Source of the DNA: Nitrososphaeria archaeon | Lineage (GTDB): Archaea > Thermoproteota > Nitrososphaeria > JACIWG01 | Assembly (NCBI GenBank): GCA_963752255.1 | Contig: CAVVXT010000010.1 | Coordinates: forward strand, 96,001 to 160,000 | Reading direction: 5' to 3' | DNA: 64,000 nucleotides | Part shown: piece by piece, positions 22,217 to 33,614 of the stretch | Layout of the letters: each line of letters begins with the position of its first letter | Position numbering within the stretch: position 1 is the first letter of the stretch | Made by a program: the position numbers and the translations under genes | The notes under the pieces: model-generated | Database searches by the model: none | Told to the model about the DNA's origin: nothing | Seen by the model: the letters and a program-made list of their open reading frames with translations, nothing else

Positions 22217-23096
22217 TTGATAATCTTGGAAAAGGATCCCTTCTTAGAAAAGATACTTGTTCTGGCGGATGGTTCTCCACTAAGTAACTTGGCAATGGAC
22301 ACATCCGTGAGAATGGTCAAGAAGACGGATGCAAAGGTAACAGTACTGCACGTTATCCCTGACAGAGCGTTGTACTCTGGTTTCTATCCTGAAAACATTC
22401 CTTATGATGTGATAACTAAAATTTTTGATGACCTGGAAGAAAGGGGAAAGAAGATAATAAGTGAAGCTCAAGAAGTATTCAAAAAAGAGGGAATAGAAGT
22501 TGAAGCACAGATCATTAGAGGACCTGACCCAGCGGAAGTCGCGCTCGAATATTCGAGACAGGGATTTGATATCATTATAGTCGGCGCAAGAGGTGAAGAC
22601 GAAAAAGATCCCAGAATGCTTGGAAGCATTACCTAGGAAGGTTGTAATGAATGCCACAGTCCCTACTCTCATAATCAAGAAGGAATGTCCTCTGGAGCGA
22701 TTTCTCGTGTGTGTCGACGGGTCTGAACATTCAATAATAGCCCTAGATTATATTTCTAAGCTAGCCCAAGAGATGGGGTCAAAGATTACGATTATTAACG
22801 TAGAAGAACGTAAACTCTACGATATGTCGCCCAGGACTGCTGTAGAAGGTGGCCAATTGGTCATCTCGCACGCCCTTTCTTCAATCGGTAAGCCTGACCT
22901 ACCTGTAGATAAAAGAGTAGAATTCGGGGTAACCTCAGATGTCTTAGTTGAAGTCGCAGAAAAAGAAGGCATTGACTTAATAGTCATGGGAAGTAGAGGT
23001 CTAGGAACCGTAAGACGATTCTTACTTGGAAGCGTCAGCGATGACGTCAGCCAAAAAGCTAGAACTTCTGTCCTGATATTTCCTTGGAGAAAATAG
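22217..23096 (+). CDS. Two-domain universal stress protein; frameshift near 22630
   Basis: Two USP domains (DGS...GARG...LGS; DGSEHS...MGSRG...LLGSVS) split over ORFs 22217..22636 and 22593..23096. Confidence 0.85.
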
Positions 23097-23378
23097 ATCC
23101 AAGGAGAAAAATTAAGACTGCAAACCAGCAATGGAATGGTTCAACTCATAAAAGCGCCGAATCATTTATAGAAGCAAGGTTAAGTTTGATTATTTAACAG
23201 TTTATTCCCTATTTTTCTAATTATGATGCGATCCAGCGGAATTATTAATGACAGTAGAAAATTTTGTTTTCAAAAAAAATTATTTATTTCTGAATATTTT
23301 GTCAAATAGCTAATAAAATGTTTCTATACTAAACGTTTATGTGCTCTCCAAACATCTCAGCTTTAAGATGGACTATTT

Positions 23379-24227
23379 ATGGAGTACAAAGATTTTGGTA
23401 GGGCGAAAGTCAAAGTTTCTGCAATAGGAATGGGTACGTTCTTTGACGCAAAAGGTATAATGGAATCATTGATCCTTGGTCATCATAGGAACGAAAAGGA
23501 AAAGATTGAAGCATTGAAGAAAGGAATAGAGCTTGGCATCAATTTTATAGATACAGCTGAGGTATATCGCACAGAGAAATATATTGGCGAAGTCATCAAA
23601 GGCTATAAAAGGGAGGACCTATTCATCGCGACAAAGGTTTCTTCATGGCATCTAAGGCATGAACAGGTCTTAAAAGCAGCCATACGGAGCTTAAGCAGGC
23701 TCCAGACTTCTTACATCGACCTCTACCAGATACATATGCCGAATTCTAGAGTTCCCATCAAGGAAACCATGAATGCGATGGGGCAGCTTATTAAGGAAGG
23801 AAAGATCAGATATGTTGGGGTAAGTAATTTCTCACTTGACCAAGTTAAGGAGGCGGACAGTGTATTTTCGAACTCTGAACTGGTTTCCGTTCAAAACAAA
23901 TATAATCTAGTTGACCGAGGTTTAGAAGTTGACATACTACCATACTGCATTAAGAATAACATAGTTATAATACCATATTTACCGCTGGCACATGGGAAAC
24001 TTACAAAACCTTCTCGGAAACAGAAAGAAGTTTTAGACCATATCTCCGAGAAGTATGGAGGAAAGACACCGGCCCAAATAGCCTTGAACTGGTTTCTTTC
24101 CAAGAGTAAAATAATCTTTCCAATCCCAAGAGCTTCTAAACCAAGTAGAATCATAGAAAATGTTGGAGCAACAGGCTGGACAATGGAAAAAGATGACATC
24201 ACCACATTAGAAAATACTTTCCAATAA
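23379..24227 (+). CDS. Aldo/keto reductase
   Basis: IDTAEVY, IATKV, DLYQIH, GVSNF. Confidence 0.92.
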   Translation: MEYKDFGRAKVKVSAIGMGTFFDAKGIMESLILGHHRNEKEKIEALKKGIELGINFIDTAEVYRTEKYIGEVIKGYKREDLFIATKVSSWHLRHEQVLKAAIRSLSRLQTSYIDLYQIHMPNSRVPIKETMNAMGQLIKEGKIRYVGVSNFSLDQVKEADSVFSNSELVSVQNKYNLVDRGLEVDILPYCIKNNIVIIPYLPLAHGKLTKPSRKQKEVLDHISEKYGGKTPAQIALNWFLSKSKIIFPIPRASKPSRIIENVGATGWTMEKDDITTLENTFQ

Positions 24228-24247
24228 TAATAAAATGATATAACATC

Positions 24248-24688
24248 TCAAAAGGAGCTTGAATCTTCATTCGTTTTTTTGTCAAAATATTTTTTCAAAG
24301 GATTCCAGTAATAGTCGATCCAGCCTTGCCTATAATATTCCGCTTGTTCGGCAGGAACTTTAGAATGTGTCATATTAACTACTGTGCCACTTCTGGTCTT
24401 CCTGAACGTGAGCTTGAAGATCGAAGGTGGATAACCCGACGGCCATTCTGACGTCTTCCATTCCTGCACTATCTTCTTTCCTTTCACAAGTTCTAAATTC
24501 TTTCCAGATATATAGCCATCGCCTGCAGTAAATTTCTGTCCCACCTCAGGCACCCCAGTAGCCTTGGTACCAGTAAAAGCCGAGTGCACTTCAGGGTTCA
24601 TAAAGGCTTCATAAAGCTTCTCAGGAGATGCTGTTACAGTTATCTTCTGCTTTATAGTTGATGTCTTAAATTCCATAAAACCCGCCAA
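24248..24688 (-). CDS. SRPBCC/AHSA1 domain protein
   Basis: ASPEKLYEAF, IVQEW, GWIDYYWNPLK. Confidence 0.85.
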   Translation of the reverse strand: MAGFMEFKTSTIKQKITVTASPEKLYEAFMNPEVHSAFTGTKATGVPEVGQKFTAGDGYISGKNLELVKGKKIVQEWKTSEWPSGYPPSIFKLTFRKTRSGTVVNMTHSKVPAEQAEYYRQGWIDYYWNPLKKYFDKKTNEDSSSF

Positions 24689-24897
24689 TAATATTAAATC
24701 GCGTAAATAATAAATTTTACCCGTATATGTTCGGGTTATTTTTTCATCTTTTGCTATAATTCTTTTCTAAAAAAGCGATAGATATTTACATAAGCGTTTC
24801 GCTAATATGTTCGTGAATACATCTGACTAACAATAAACAGGCTGAGCCTTACCACATAACTATTGAGATAGAGAACAAACAGTGCAAGATACTAAGA

Positions 24898-25467
24898 ATG
24901 TTGGAACACCTTCGTATACAGCATTTTGAAATGACCGATATCAGGAGTTATGCCCAACGTTCGACCGGACATCTGGTTAAGATGTCCAGGGAACAATTCA
25001 ACAAATTGCCTAGAAATTTCGTTGGAACTCAGACGGGTAACGTATCTGAGGGAGAAGCATCGGTATGGCTCAATAGTAAAGGTTGTGATGTCTGTGGAAC
25101 AATATTATCTAATGAATCATTCCTCGTGTCGGGAAGAAACATAGAGGGGTACACAATTGTCTACAGCTTTATAACGCCTAATTTTGACGCTTTCAAGAAC
25201 ATTATATCAACTTTAGAAGATAAGGGTTTTAAACCAAAGATAATGGAAGTTGGAAAATACACACCGAAGGGTAAGATCTTGACGAAAAAGCAGGAGAGCG
25301 TGCTTTGGTTTGCATTTAACATGGGCTTCTTTGACTATCCTAGGAAGATCAATTCGATAGAGCTTTCAAAAAAACTAGGAATAGGTGTTTCCACGTTTTC
25401 CGAAGTCACTAGAAGAGGTATACATAGATTGTTAGAGCACCATCTTGAGACCTTAGACTCCAGTTAA
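24898..25467 (+). CDS. HTH-10 (Bat/DmsR-like) transcriptional regulator; frame open upstream to ~24823
   Basis: C-terminal LTKKQ...GFFDYPRK...ELSKKLGIGVSTFSE. Confidence 0.82.
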   Translation: MLEHLRIQHFEMTDIRSYAQRSTGHLVKMSREQFNKLPRNFVGTQTGNVSEGEASVWLNSKGCDVCGTILSNESFLVSGRNIEGYTIVYSFITPNFDAFKNIISTLEDKGFKPKIMEVGKYTPKGKILTKKQESVLWFAFNMGFFDYPRKINSIELSKKLGIGVSTFSEVTRRGIHRLLEHHLETLDSS

Positions 25468-25535
25468 AAATCTAGAAAAAGCAATCCAAAGTCTCAGCTA
25501 AGTCGATTTAATAGAGGAAGCGATCTTTTTGTATG

Positions 25536-25919
25536 TTATCTTCTAGTGAGAACTGTTATAACATATATTCCTATAACTATAACTAATATGCCCATGATTA
25601 TAAAAAAAGAGGATATAAAAAACCATATTCCAAAGCCTTCGACAACTTGTAAATAGAACGCTAAACCTAGCAGAACTAAGATTATACCTCCGATTAAGGG
25701 ACCGATGAACCTGAACATCCCTCCGCCATATCTGTTCCATCTCTCGTCCCTCATTCTTCTTCTTTCTTCCCTCCATTCCCTTTTCGCGTCCCTAATTTCC
25801 GCTTTAGCGCGGTCTTTTACGTCTTCATATTGTGAGCCTTTAAGAGAAGTGCCGCACTTAGAGCAAAATGCCATTGCTTCATCCACTTCTGAACCACACT
25901 TTGGACAGTAAGGCATCAA
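25536..25919 (-). CDS. Zinc-ribbon membrane protein
   Basis: CPKCG...CSKCG followed by two TM segments. Confidence 0.75.
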   Translation of the reverse strand: MMPYCPKCGSEVDEAMAFCSKCGTSLKGSQYEDVKDRAKAEIRDAKREWREERRRMRDERWNRYGGGMFRFIGPLIGGIILVLLGLAFYLQVVEGFGIWFFISSFFIIMGILVIVIGIYVITVLTRR

Positions 25920-26000
25920 ATTACCCCTTTATATCAGAGTCGATATTGACAAGCAGAATATTTAAAGTTGTCCGCGTAAAATAAAAAAATTAAATAGAGG

Positions 26001-26504
26001 GTGAAAATTACGTACTATGATAAATATTTGAATGACGATAATACTTTAGTCAGGTCAAAGCATTTTGAATATGTGATCGGTATTGTCTCTTTCGGAATTT
26101 TCATAATATTAATTGGGGTCATATCAATTTTAACTCCTGGTTTATTTGGAAAAATTCAAGATTTCTTTAGAGATTTCCACTTAACTAAGCTTCCCAATAC
26201 TCAAAATGTCTTTCTTCCAGCGCCGGCCGATCCAGGCGCTCATTTAGCCCTCTACAATGCAGTCGGTCTGTTCTGTCTGTTATGGGGATTATTCCAAATT
26301 TTGGTTTTAGTGGCTAAGCTTCTGCTGAACTTGTCAACTGTTAGCAAGGCTAGAAATATTTCCGATGTAATCTTCTGGCTGGGTTCTTACTACCTAATCG
26401 GTGTTTTCCTAAATGGAACCTTAACTTTAACCTCTTGGTTCGCATTTTGGGCAACGATAATAATACTTTTGGGCATCTCACTATTAGCTAGAGCGGTTCT
26501 CTAG
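26001..26504 (+). CDS. Hypothetical membrane protein (~4 TM)
   Basis: Hydrophobic ORF. Confidence 0.65.
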   Translation: MKITYYDKYLNDDNTLVRSKHFEYVIGIVSFGIFIILIGVISILTPGLFGKIQDFFRDFHLTKLPNTQNVFLPAPADPGAHLALYNAVGLFCLLWGLFQILVLVAKLLLNLSTVSKARNISDVIFWLGSYYLIGVFLNGTLTLTSWFAFWATIIILLGISLLARAVL

Positions 26505-26628
26505 CTTTCAGCTCACATATGTAACAGAACTGATCCGTTTTTAATGCATGTTGCAAAAGAAAATAGAGTCGAATGTACAAAAAAATTGTCTTGAAGAATT
26601 ATAATGGACATATACTTACTATTAATAA

Positions 26629-26832
26629 ATGAACAGGAATAAGAACGAAATCATGAAACTAAAAAGAGCCAGAAAACTTGGGCTTAGGCTTGAAGATATA
26701 TTGAAGGAACGAATATACAGAACAGGAACAAAATTGTTAGAACTGCAGCGCGAGAGGAGAAAAATGGAGGAGAGAATCATAAAGTTGGAAGGTAAAACAA
26801 GTCGTAAGGTTAAAAATTCAACAAATGCCTAA
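26629..26832 (+). CDS. Small basic coiled-coil hypothetical protein
   Basis: 67-aa ORF with ATG start and a heptad-like pattern. Confidence 0.4.
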   Translation: MNRNKNEIMKLKRARKLGLRLEDILKERIYRTGTKLLELQRERRKMEERIIKLEGKTSRKVKNSTNA

Positions 26833-26862
26833 TCTAACTATAGAATCCGCATCCGAAAAATT

Positions 26863-27505
26863 CTAAATGTTCATTTTTGGCACTTGTTGACCAGAGACAA
26901 TGTACACAACAGAATCACCTATGTAAGTAGCATGGTCGGCTATTCTCTCGAGATATCGAAGAATAAGGATAGATGATATCGAACATTTGACGTCGGCATT
27001 GGACTGCGTAGACACCTGCCTTAAAGCATCCACATATATTTTGTCAATAACGTCGTCCATCTCTCTAACCTCCTTCGCAATCGTTACATTTTTTTCAACA
27101 AAGGCTTGGATGCTGAGTTTTATCATTTCCTTCGCCTGCTCACCCGCTTTTAATACTTCAGTTTTATCGCATGTCGAAAGGTTGCCAACGATTCTTAACA
27201 CCTGTGATATGTCAAACGCATATCTTCCAAATCGTGAGAAGCCATAGCTTATCTCCATGCATGACTTCAAAAACCTAACGTCTGATGCCACTGGCTGATA
27301 TCTAGATATTATTTCAACTGCCAGCTCGTTTACATCATCCTCCATCTTTCGTAGTTGGAGAGATGAGCACGTAGACCATATCCGCCAGGTCTTGTCCCTC
27401 ACTGTAAGAGTTGATTGCAGTGAACACGGTTGCCTCCGAATAGTCCGCCATTTCCATGATCATACTCTTTAGCCTTTCAAGCCCCATATCCATTAATCTG
27501 ACCAT
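26863..27505 (-). CDS. phoU: Phosphate uptake regulator PhoU; frameshift near 27370
   Basis: Starts MVRLMDMGLERLK right after pstB; RYQPVASDVR, LERIADHATYI. Confidence 0.85.
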
Positions 27506-27518
27506 TTCTTTTCACCTT

Positions 27519-28343
27519 CTAACCAAACTTCCCCGTTATATATCTCTCTGTCAGTTCTTCTCGTGGAGTACTAAAGATTGTAGTCGTTTCAGTGTATTCG
27601 ATAAGTTGTCCCAGATAGAGGAAGGCTGTATAGTCTGAAACCCTCGCCGCCTGCTGCATATTATGTGTCACTATTACGACAGTATATTCCCTTTTAAGTG
27701 CTATTATCAACTCCTCAATCTTAGCGGTTGCAACAGGGTCAAGGGCTGAACAAGGCTCGTCCATAAGGATAACCTCAGGTTCAACTGCAAGAGCCCGCGC
27801 AATGCACAGCCTCTGCTGTTGTCCACCCGACAAGGCAGTCCCAGTCTTCTTCAGATCATCCTTGACTTCGTCCCACAATCCTGCCTGCTCAAGACTCTTT
27901 CTAACAACTTCGTTCAACTTCTTTTTGTCTTTTATTCCATTCAATTTAAGACCTGCGGCAGCGTTGTCGAAGATGGACATAGTAGGGAATGGATTAGGTT
28001 TCTGGAACACCATACCAACTCTTCTCCTAACAGCAACGGGGTCGATGTCCTTAGAGTATACGTCAACACCATCTAGAAAAACCTTACCCGAAACTATAGC
28101 TGAAGGAACCAGTTCATGCATTCTATTAAAACATCTTATTAGCGTAGATTTTCCACAGCCTGAAGGCCCGATAATAGCGGTTACAGCATTAGACTTTATT
28201 TCCATAGAGATGTCTTTGATAGCATTCTTATTTCCATACCAAGCACTAAGGTTTTCTGTCCTGATCTTGTAAACTTCATTTATTTCACCTAGTTTAGGTA
28301 AGCTAATGCTTGTTGAATCCATCCTCTGTTCTTCTAGCGGCAA
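27519..28343 (-). CDS. pstB: Phosphate ABC transporter ATPase
   Basis: [37 protein letters not shown]. Confidence 0.95.
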   Translation of the reverse strand: MPLEEQRMDSTSISLPKLGEINEVYKIRTENLSAWYGNKNAIKDISMEIKSNAVTAIIGPSGCGKSTLIRCFNRMHELVPSAIVSGKVFLDGVDVYSKDIDPVAVRRRVGMVFQKPNPFPTMSIFDNAAAGLKLNGIKDKKKLNEVVRKSLEQAGLWDEVKDDLKKTGTALSGGQQQRLCIARALAVEPEVILMDEPCSALDPVATAKIEELIIALKREYTVVIVTHNMQQAARVSDYTAFLYLGQLIEYTETTTIFSTPREELTERYITGKFG

Positions 28344-28455
28344 CTTAACTTCTACTTTTATACTTTCCTTTTACAGTAAATCTGTTGTTACTTTAGGAGA
28401 TTTTGCTTGGGCTTATTTCAGCAAAGATGATGCTTCCAAATTATTAGAGGCATCA

Positions 28456-28464
28456 TCTATATAG
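28456..28464. promoter_or_regulatory. Candidate phosphate-regulon operator TCTATATAG upstream of pstB
   Basis: Same palindromic core as upstream of the AbrB-PhoU gene and pstS. Confidence 0.35.
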
Positions 28465-28890
28465 AATAAAGAGCCCTCAATAAATTATTTGGGAATAGCA
28501 GATAAATGTCTTTTACGATCTATAATGCGATGATAGGAAAAAGGAAGCTGGGAAACTTTTATTTTTCATCTGCATCCAAAATCGCAAGCACCTTACTAAA
28601 TTTTATACGTGATATATATGGATGAAAATCGAACTAAGAAAAAAGATAATCGAGATAGTTCGTACATTGTTGAATGGATGTTAGAGATGATTGATTTGAT
28701 CTCGCGTGATTGTGATAATTTTCCTCAACTTATGCGTGAAGTTCTTTAATAACATAAAGCTATGAAAGGTAAAAGAAGTATACCGCACAGAGGGCAAAGT
28801 TCATTTAATGGACTGCGCATCCGAATATGACTTACTAGCTATTGTTACCACGCATGGCTATTTTCTAGAAGCTTGCTTTTTATCATTTTC

Positions 28891-29938
28891 TCATGCCAAT
28901 ATTGATTCAACAGTCAGGTTGAGTACGATTTCGGCAATGTCAGTGGCATACTCTGCGGTTCTGCGAATGCTTTCGATAATCAATCGTACATATGATGCTT
29001 CTTCAACCTCCATCTTTTGAGAAGCAATAACAGCCTCTTTTTCAATAGAAATAACATCCTTTGTTTTCTCGAAAATACTTTCCGCAGAGATTGAAATCCT
29101 GCCTGAAAAGCGTTTCTATGGCTGTTTCAAACATTGAGATTGCTGTATTGCTCATCGTTTCGAGCTTTCCGATTATTTCCGGTTCTAACTGTTTTCTTAG
29201 TTGCAAGACGTTTTCCGCGATTTTAGCTGCGTGATCTGCAGTTCTTTCCACGGACTTTGTTACGAGACGATAGCCTAGACAATCACGGGCATTTTGTAGG
29301 CCGATTTCTTTTACTAATTTAGGATTCTGAATCGCAGTTTTGAGCTGTCTTACTATATAGAGGTTGAATCGATCCACTTCATTGTCTGTAGTTATGACCT
29401 CTTTGGCCAGCTGAGGGTCTGATCCTTTTAGGGCGGTTATAGCGTCTCTGTGCATTGAAGCTGCTATTATGCTCGTTCGTCTGAGGGCGCTTTGAACAGA
29501 AAGTTCAGGATAACTCAACAAAACCTGCAAAGTTAGCTCTTGTGGGGTGTCTGTGACTATTTCGGTTCCAACAAGCATAATACGAGAAAAATCTTTAATA
29601 TCATGTCTTTGATTTGCAGATAACTGTTTTTGGCTTTCAGCTTTTATATGTATCATATTATAGCCCACGAGGTAGGCGGAGACAGTTTTTCTAATTATCG
29701 AGTCTGAAGAATCTTTAAGTGCAACTCTGATCGTAGCTTCGTCCATTCTCTTTTGTTGCATGGTTGTATCAGTGGGTATGATTGATAATAAACCGCCTTC
29801 TTCTTCACGTAATTTTATCGAGCTCCCTCTTTTAAGATCGTTTTGCCTTATCCAACTTATAGGTAATGAGATTATGAAGGTTGACCCTCCAGTGAACTGA
29901 AGCTTTCTCGTTTCTTCATTAAGTTTGGTTTCCAGCAA
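28891..29938 (-). CDS. AbrB-PhoU phosphate regulator; frameshift near 29085
   Basis: N-terminal RKLQFTGGSTFIISLP (AbrB/SpoVT); PhoU repeats EVDR, VERTADHA, and ESIRRTAEY in the shifted frame. Confidence 0.85.
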
Positions 29939-29988
29939 TCTAAATACACCTCCGTAAATATCATATTTAGCTATTAATATACCTTTAA

Positions 29989-30002
29989 TCTATATAGTTT
30001 AT
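29989..30002. promoter_or_regulatory. Candidate operator TCTATATAGTTTAT upstream of the AbrB-PhoU gene
   Basis: 14-bp exact match to 30267-30280; overlaps a TTTATAAA TATA-like box. Confidence 0.45.
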
Positions 30003-30257
30003 AAATTCTATTGTAAGAATAACATGTTATTTTGCGAATGAAAAAAAGGTATGGCAAAAAGTGACTTGAAGAATCGTCAAAACAGTTTTTGTCAAAGTCT
30101 TATCCGGTTATCTTTAAGCAGAAAATCAGCTTGCTTTATATTTTATTGTACTTATTTGCATATGCAACTTCCCCCTTTAAAATGTGCAAACTGTTGCAAT
30201 ATTTGAGCGCAACTTGAAGTGGTTTACATGTCTTGGACTTTAGGGCTTTTATGCGTA

Positions 30258-30284
30258 TCTTTATAGTCTATATAGTTTATGGAG
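30258..30284. promoter_or_regulatory. Candidate operator upstream of pstS (9-bp tandem units TCTTTATAG/TCTATATAG/TTTATGGAG)
   Basis: Immediately upstream of the TATATATA box preceding pstS. Confidence 0.45.
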
Positions 30285-30332
30285 GGAATATATATATAAT
30301 AAAGTTAGACTACCTCGCAAATAGAGAAAAAA

Positions 30333-31585
30333 ATGAAAAATACATACACAATCGCCATAGTAATAGTGGCAATAGTCATAATCGTAGCAGCAGTTGCTGG
30401 CTACACATACATCAGCTCCTCAACAAACACTTCAGCAACAACATCGACGGTAACTTCAACAAAAACAGTTCCAACAACCTTTACAACAACTCTAATAAGT
30501 GGGGTTACAACCACCTCGACCGTCATCTCGACCATCACCCCGACCAGTACTACTCCAAGTGCAACAGGAACACCAATATCGGTTACCGGAGCAGGTGGAA
30601 CTCTGATCTACCCGCTCATGTCTGTTTGGGAGTACACCTATAACCAACTTTATCCAAACGTTCAAGTTAACTATGCAAGCGTCGGCAGTGGCGCAGGAAT
30701 CCAACAAATCACAGCACAGACTGTCGACTTCGGTGGCTCAGACGCCCCATTGACAGCTGCACAATACAAGGCACTTCCCTCAGGCACAATTCTCCTCACA
30801 ATACCAGAATCTGCCAGCGCAGTTGTACCAGCATATAACCTACCAGGAATTAGCAACGGCCTCAATTTCACTGGAGCAGTCTTGGCTCAAATCTTCCTTG
30901 GCAATATAACGAACTGGAACGACCCTGCCATTGCAGCCCTTAACCCCGGCACAACCCTACCGAACCATGCTATCGTAGTGATCCACAGATCCGATGGCAG
31001 CGGAACAATGTACGCCTTCACAAACTATCTCTCTGATTCAAGCACCCAGTGGGCAACCAAAGTTGGCAAAGGAACTTCAGTAAATTGGCCTGTTGGTCTC
31101 GGAGAAAAGGGTAATGAAGGTGTAGCGGGAGCCATCTCAAGCACGCAATATTCAATAGGACCTATTGAAATCGCATACGAAATCAATAACAAGGGTCTGA
31201 TCTCATATGGAACAGTGCAAAACGCAGCGGGCAAATTCATACTAGCGAACCTGACTAATATAGGAGAAGCAATTAATGCAGGTGCTACTGGTCTTCCGGC
31301 AGGAAACGCCCAATGGACGAACGTATCCGTAATCGACAACATATTTAACGATAAGGCAGCTACTTACGCTTACCCAATCTCAACGCTAACTTACCTACTG
31401 GTCTATCAGCAGCCAGACTAATCTAGCAAAGGGTACAGCCGTGGTGAACTTCATCTGGTGGGTCGTAAACTCAGCACAATCAGCCGGAGCAGAGTTTGGG
31501 TTACATACCGTTGCCAGCAAACATCGTCGCTATCGATGATGCAACCCTCAATTCAGTCACGTACAATGGCGTAGCAATACACTAG
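30333..31585 (+). CDS. pstS: Phosphate-binding protein PstS (N-terminal anchor, Thr-rich linker); frameshifts near 31420-31500
   Basis: GSGAGI, DFGGSDAPL, HRSDGSGT, YPIS; continues in other frames (FIWWVVN...YNGVAIH*). Confidence 0.9.
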
Positions 31586-31606
31586 GGAACCTAATTGTTT
31601 ATTAGA

Positions 31607-31627
31607 TTCTTTTTTCCCCCTTTTTTT
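31607..31627 (+). terminator. Oligo-T archaeal terminator candidate after pstS
   Basis: TTCTTTTTTCCCCCTTTTTTT ~20 bp after the stop codon. Confidence 0.45.
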
Positions 31628-31666
31628 ATAATTTCGTGAATAAAAAATGCGAGGTCTAAAATAAAC

Positions 31667-32599
31667 TTGCACCGTGAAGCTTTGAAAGGTGACATAATCC
31701 TAAAGGCAGTTGTTGGCGTGGCAGCCGTCTTCATCGTATGCTTACTTGGGTTACTCGCATTGGAGTTGTTTTTGGGTTCAAATCTTTCTATCGCCAAGTT
31801 TGGCCTATCATTTATTATAGTTAGAACTTGGGATCCAGTTCATGATATTTTTGGTGCGTTACCGTTTATTTACGGAACATTGCTAACTTCTGCCATTGCT
31901 CTTCTTATAGGATTACCCATTAGTATAGGAGTGGCGATATTTCTTACAGAGAAGCTCAAAACCAAAAAAGGAATTGCTTATGTGCTTGGAACGTTGGTAG
32001 AGCTTCTCGCGGCAGTGCCGAGTGTTATTTACGGGTTATGGGGGCTGTTATTCTTAAAGAATATCCTTCGAGACTATGTCGAAACGCCCTTACATAGTTA
32101 CCTCAGCTTTATCCCTCTCTTTTCTGGAACGCCGTTCGGTCTCGATTTCTTTACCGCCGGAATCATACTTGCCATAATGATAATCCCAACGATCTCTGCG
32201 GTCTCTAAGGATATCCTGAACGCAGTTCCAAATAGTCAAAGGGAAGCCATGTACTCGCTTGGTGCTACGGACTGGGAAGTTACACAAAAAAGCGTTCTAC
32301 CTTATGCGAGGTCAGGCATTTTTGGAGCCACCATCCTTGGTTTGGGGAGAGCCGTGGGTGAAACGATGGCGGTGACGATGGTGATTGGCAACACGCCTAG
32401 AATTACGGCAGACCTATTTTCCGGCGGATATACATTGGCTGCTGTGATAGCGAATGAGTTCACAGAGGCGTCTTCCCCGCTCTATACTTCTGCTCTCATC
32501 GAAATTGGCCTGATCCTGTTTTTTGTAGCTTTAATTATCAATGTTTTCGCCAGATTTTTGCTTTGGAGGATGATGCGTGGTGTACGATTCAGAGTCTGA
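31667..32599 (+). CDS. pstC: Phosphate ABC permease PstC
   Basis: ELLAAVPSVIYGLWG, GRAVGETMAV. Confidence 0.93.
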   Translation: MHREALKGDIILKAVVGVAAVFIVCLLGLLALELFLGSNLSIAKFGLSFIIVRTWDPVHDIFGALPFIYGTLLTSAIALLIGLPISIGVAIFLTEKLKTKKGIAYVLGTLVELLAAVPSVIYGLWGLLFLKNILRDYVETPLHSYLSFIPLFSGTPFGLDFFTAGIILAIMIIPTISAVSKDILNAVPNSQREAMYSLGATDWEVTQKSVLPYARSGIFGATILGLGRAVGETMAVTMVIGNTPRITADLFSGGYTLAAVIANEFTEASSPLYTSALIEIGLILFFVALIINVFARFLLWRMMRGVRFRV

Positions 32600-33488
32600 G
32601 AAAAATAATGCCACAGTGAAGAGGATTAGCCTTGTTACTGGTACGGCTCGCAGGCGAAGGGTAGTTGACAAAGTGATGACTGGGCTTGTTATGTTAGCCG
32701 TAGCCCTTGCGGTAATTCCCTTGGTGCTAATACTAGGCGTAGTCGTCTTGAAGGGCGCTCCTGTCATAAGTTTATCGTTTCTTACTAATCTTCCTAGGCC
32801 TGTGGGTGTTCCTGGAGGGGGAATAGCTAATGCGATTTTTGGTAGTTTCATAATGATGGGGATAGCTACGTTGATAGCTGTGCCCATTGGTGTTGGGGCG
32901 GGAATTTTCTTTTCGGAGTGGCCAGAGTCTCGGCTTTCCACGGTTTCAAGTTTTACGAATGATGTGTTGGCGGAGTTTCCTTCGATTGTGATTGGGATTT
33001 TCGTTTATATCATAATTGTTTTGTCGACTAAGGCGTTTTCTGCGTTAGCTGGGGCTATTGCGCTTAGTATCATAATGATTCCGATAATTGCGAGAACTAC
33101 TGAGGAGTCTCTTAAGCTTGTTCCTATGACGTTGAGAGAGGCTTCTATGGCACTTGGGGTTTCGAGATGGAGAACTGTGATTAAGGTGGTTATAGGCACG
33201 GGGAAGAGCGGGCTGGTTACTGGTGTACTTCTAGCTGTGGCTCGTGCTGCAGGTGAGACCGCGCCTTTAATTTTGACCGCTCTGGGCAGTGTCTATTTTC
33301 CGACTAGCCTGTTTCAACCTACTGCGGCGTTGCCGCTTTTAATTTACACATATGCGATCACTCCGTATCAGTATTTGCAGGCGCAAGCGTGGGGTGCGGC
33401 TTTGATCCTTATAGCAATCATGTTCGTGTTGAATCTCTCCATCAAGCTTTTTATCCTGAGGAGATCCGCGGTGAGGGCAGAAACTTGA
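32577..33488 (+). CDS. pstA: Phosphate ABC permease PstA
   Basis: PSIVIG, REASMALG, ARAAGETAP. Confidence 0.93.
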   Translation: MVYDSESEKNNATVKRISLVTGTARRRRVVDKVMTGLVMLAVALAVIPLVLILGVVVLKGAPVISLSFLTNLPRPVGVPGGGIANAIFGSFIMMGIATLIAVPIGVGAGIFFSEWPESRLSTVSSFTNDVLAEFPSIVIGIFVYIIIVLSTKAFSALAGAIALSIIMIPIIARTTEESLKLVPMTLREASMALGVSRWRTVIKVVIGTGKSGLVTGVLLAVARAAGETAPLILTALGSVYFPTSLFQPTAALPLLIYTYAITPYQYLQAQAWGAALILIAIMFVLNLSIKLFILRRSAVRAET

Positions 33489-33614
33489 TTTATGTCAGTT
33501 TAGAAAATCGTGCACCTTAATCGCACAGAATCCTAAAAATTACGCTCCTTTCTGTCTGATCAGGATGCTTCCATGTTTCCCGTGAATTATGCTACCGACA
33601 ACTTGCAAGGTCGA

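Noticed and set aside
30400-30570. ACA/ACC-rich repeat
   Set aside because: Encodes the ordinary Thr/Ser linker of PstS
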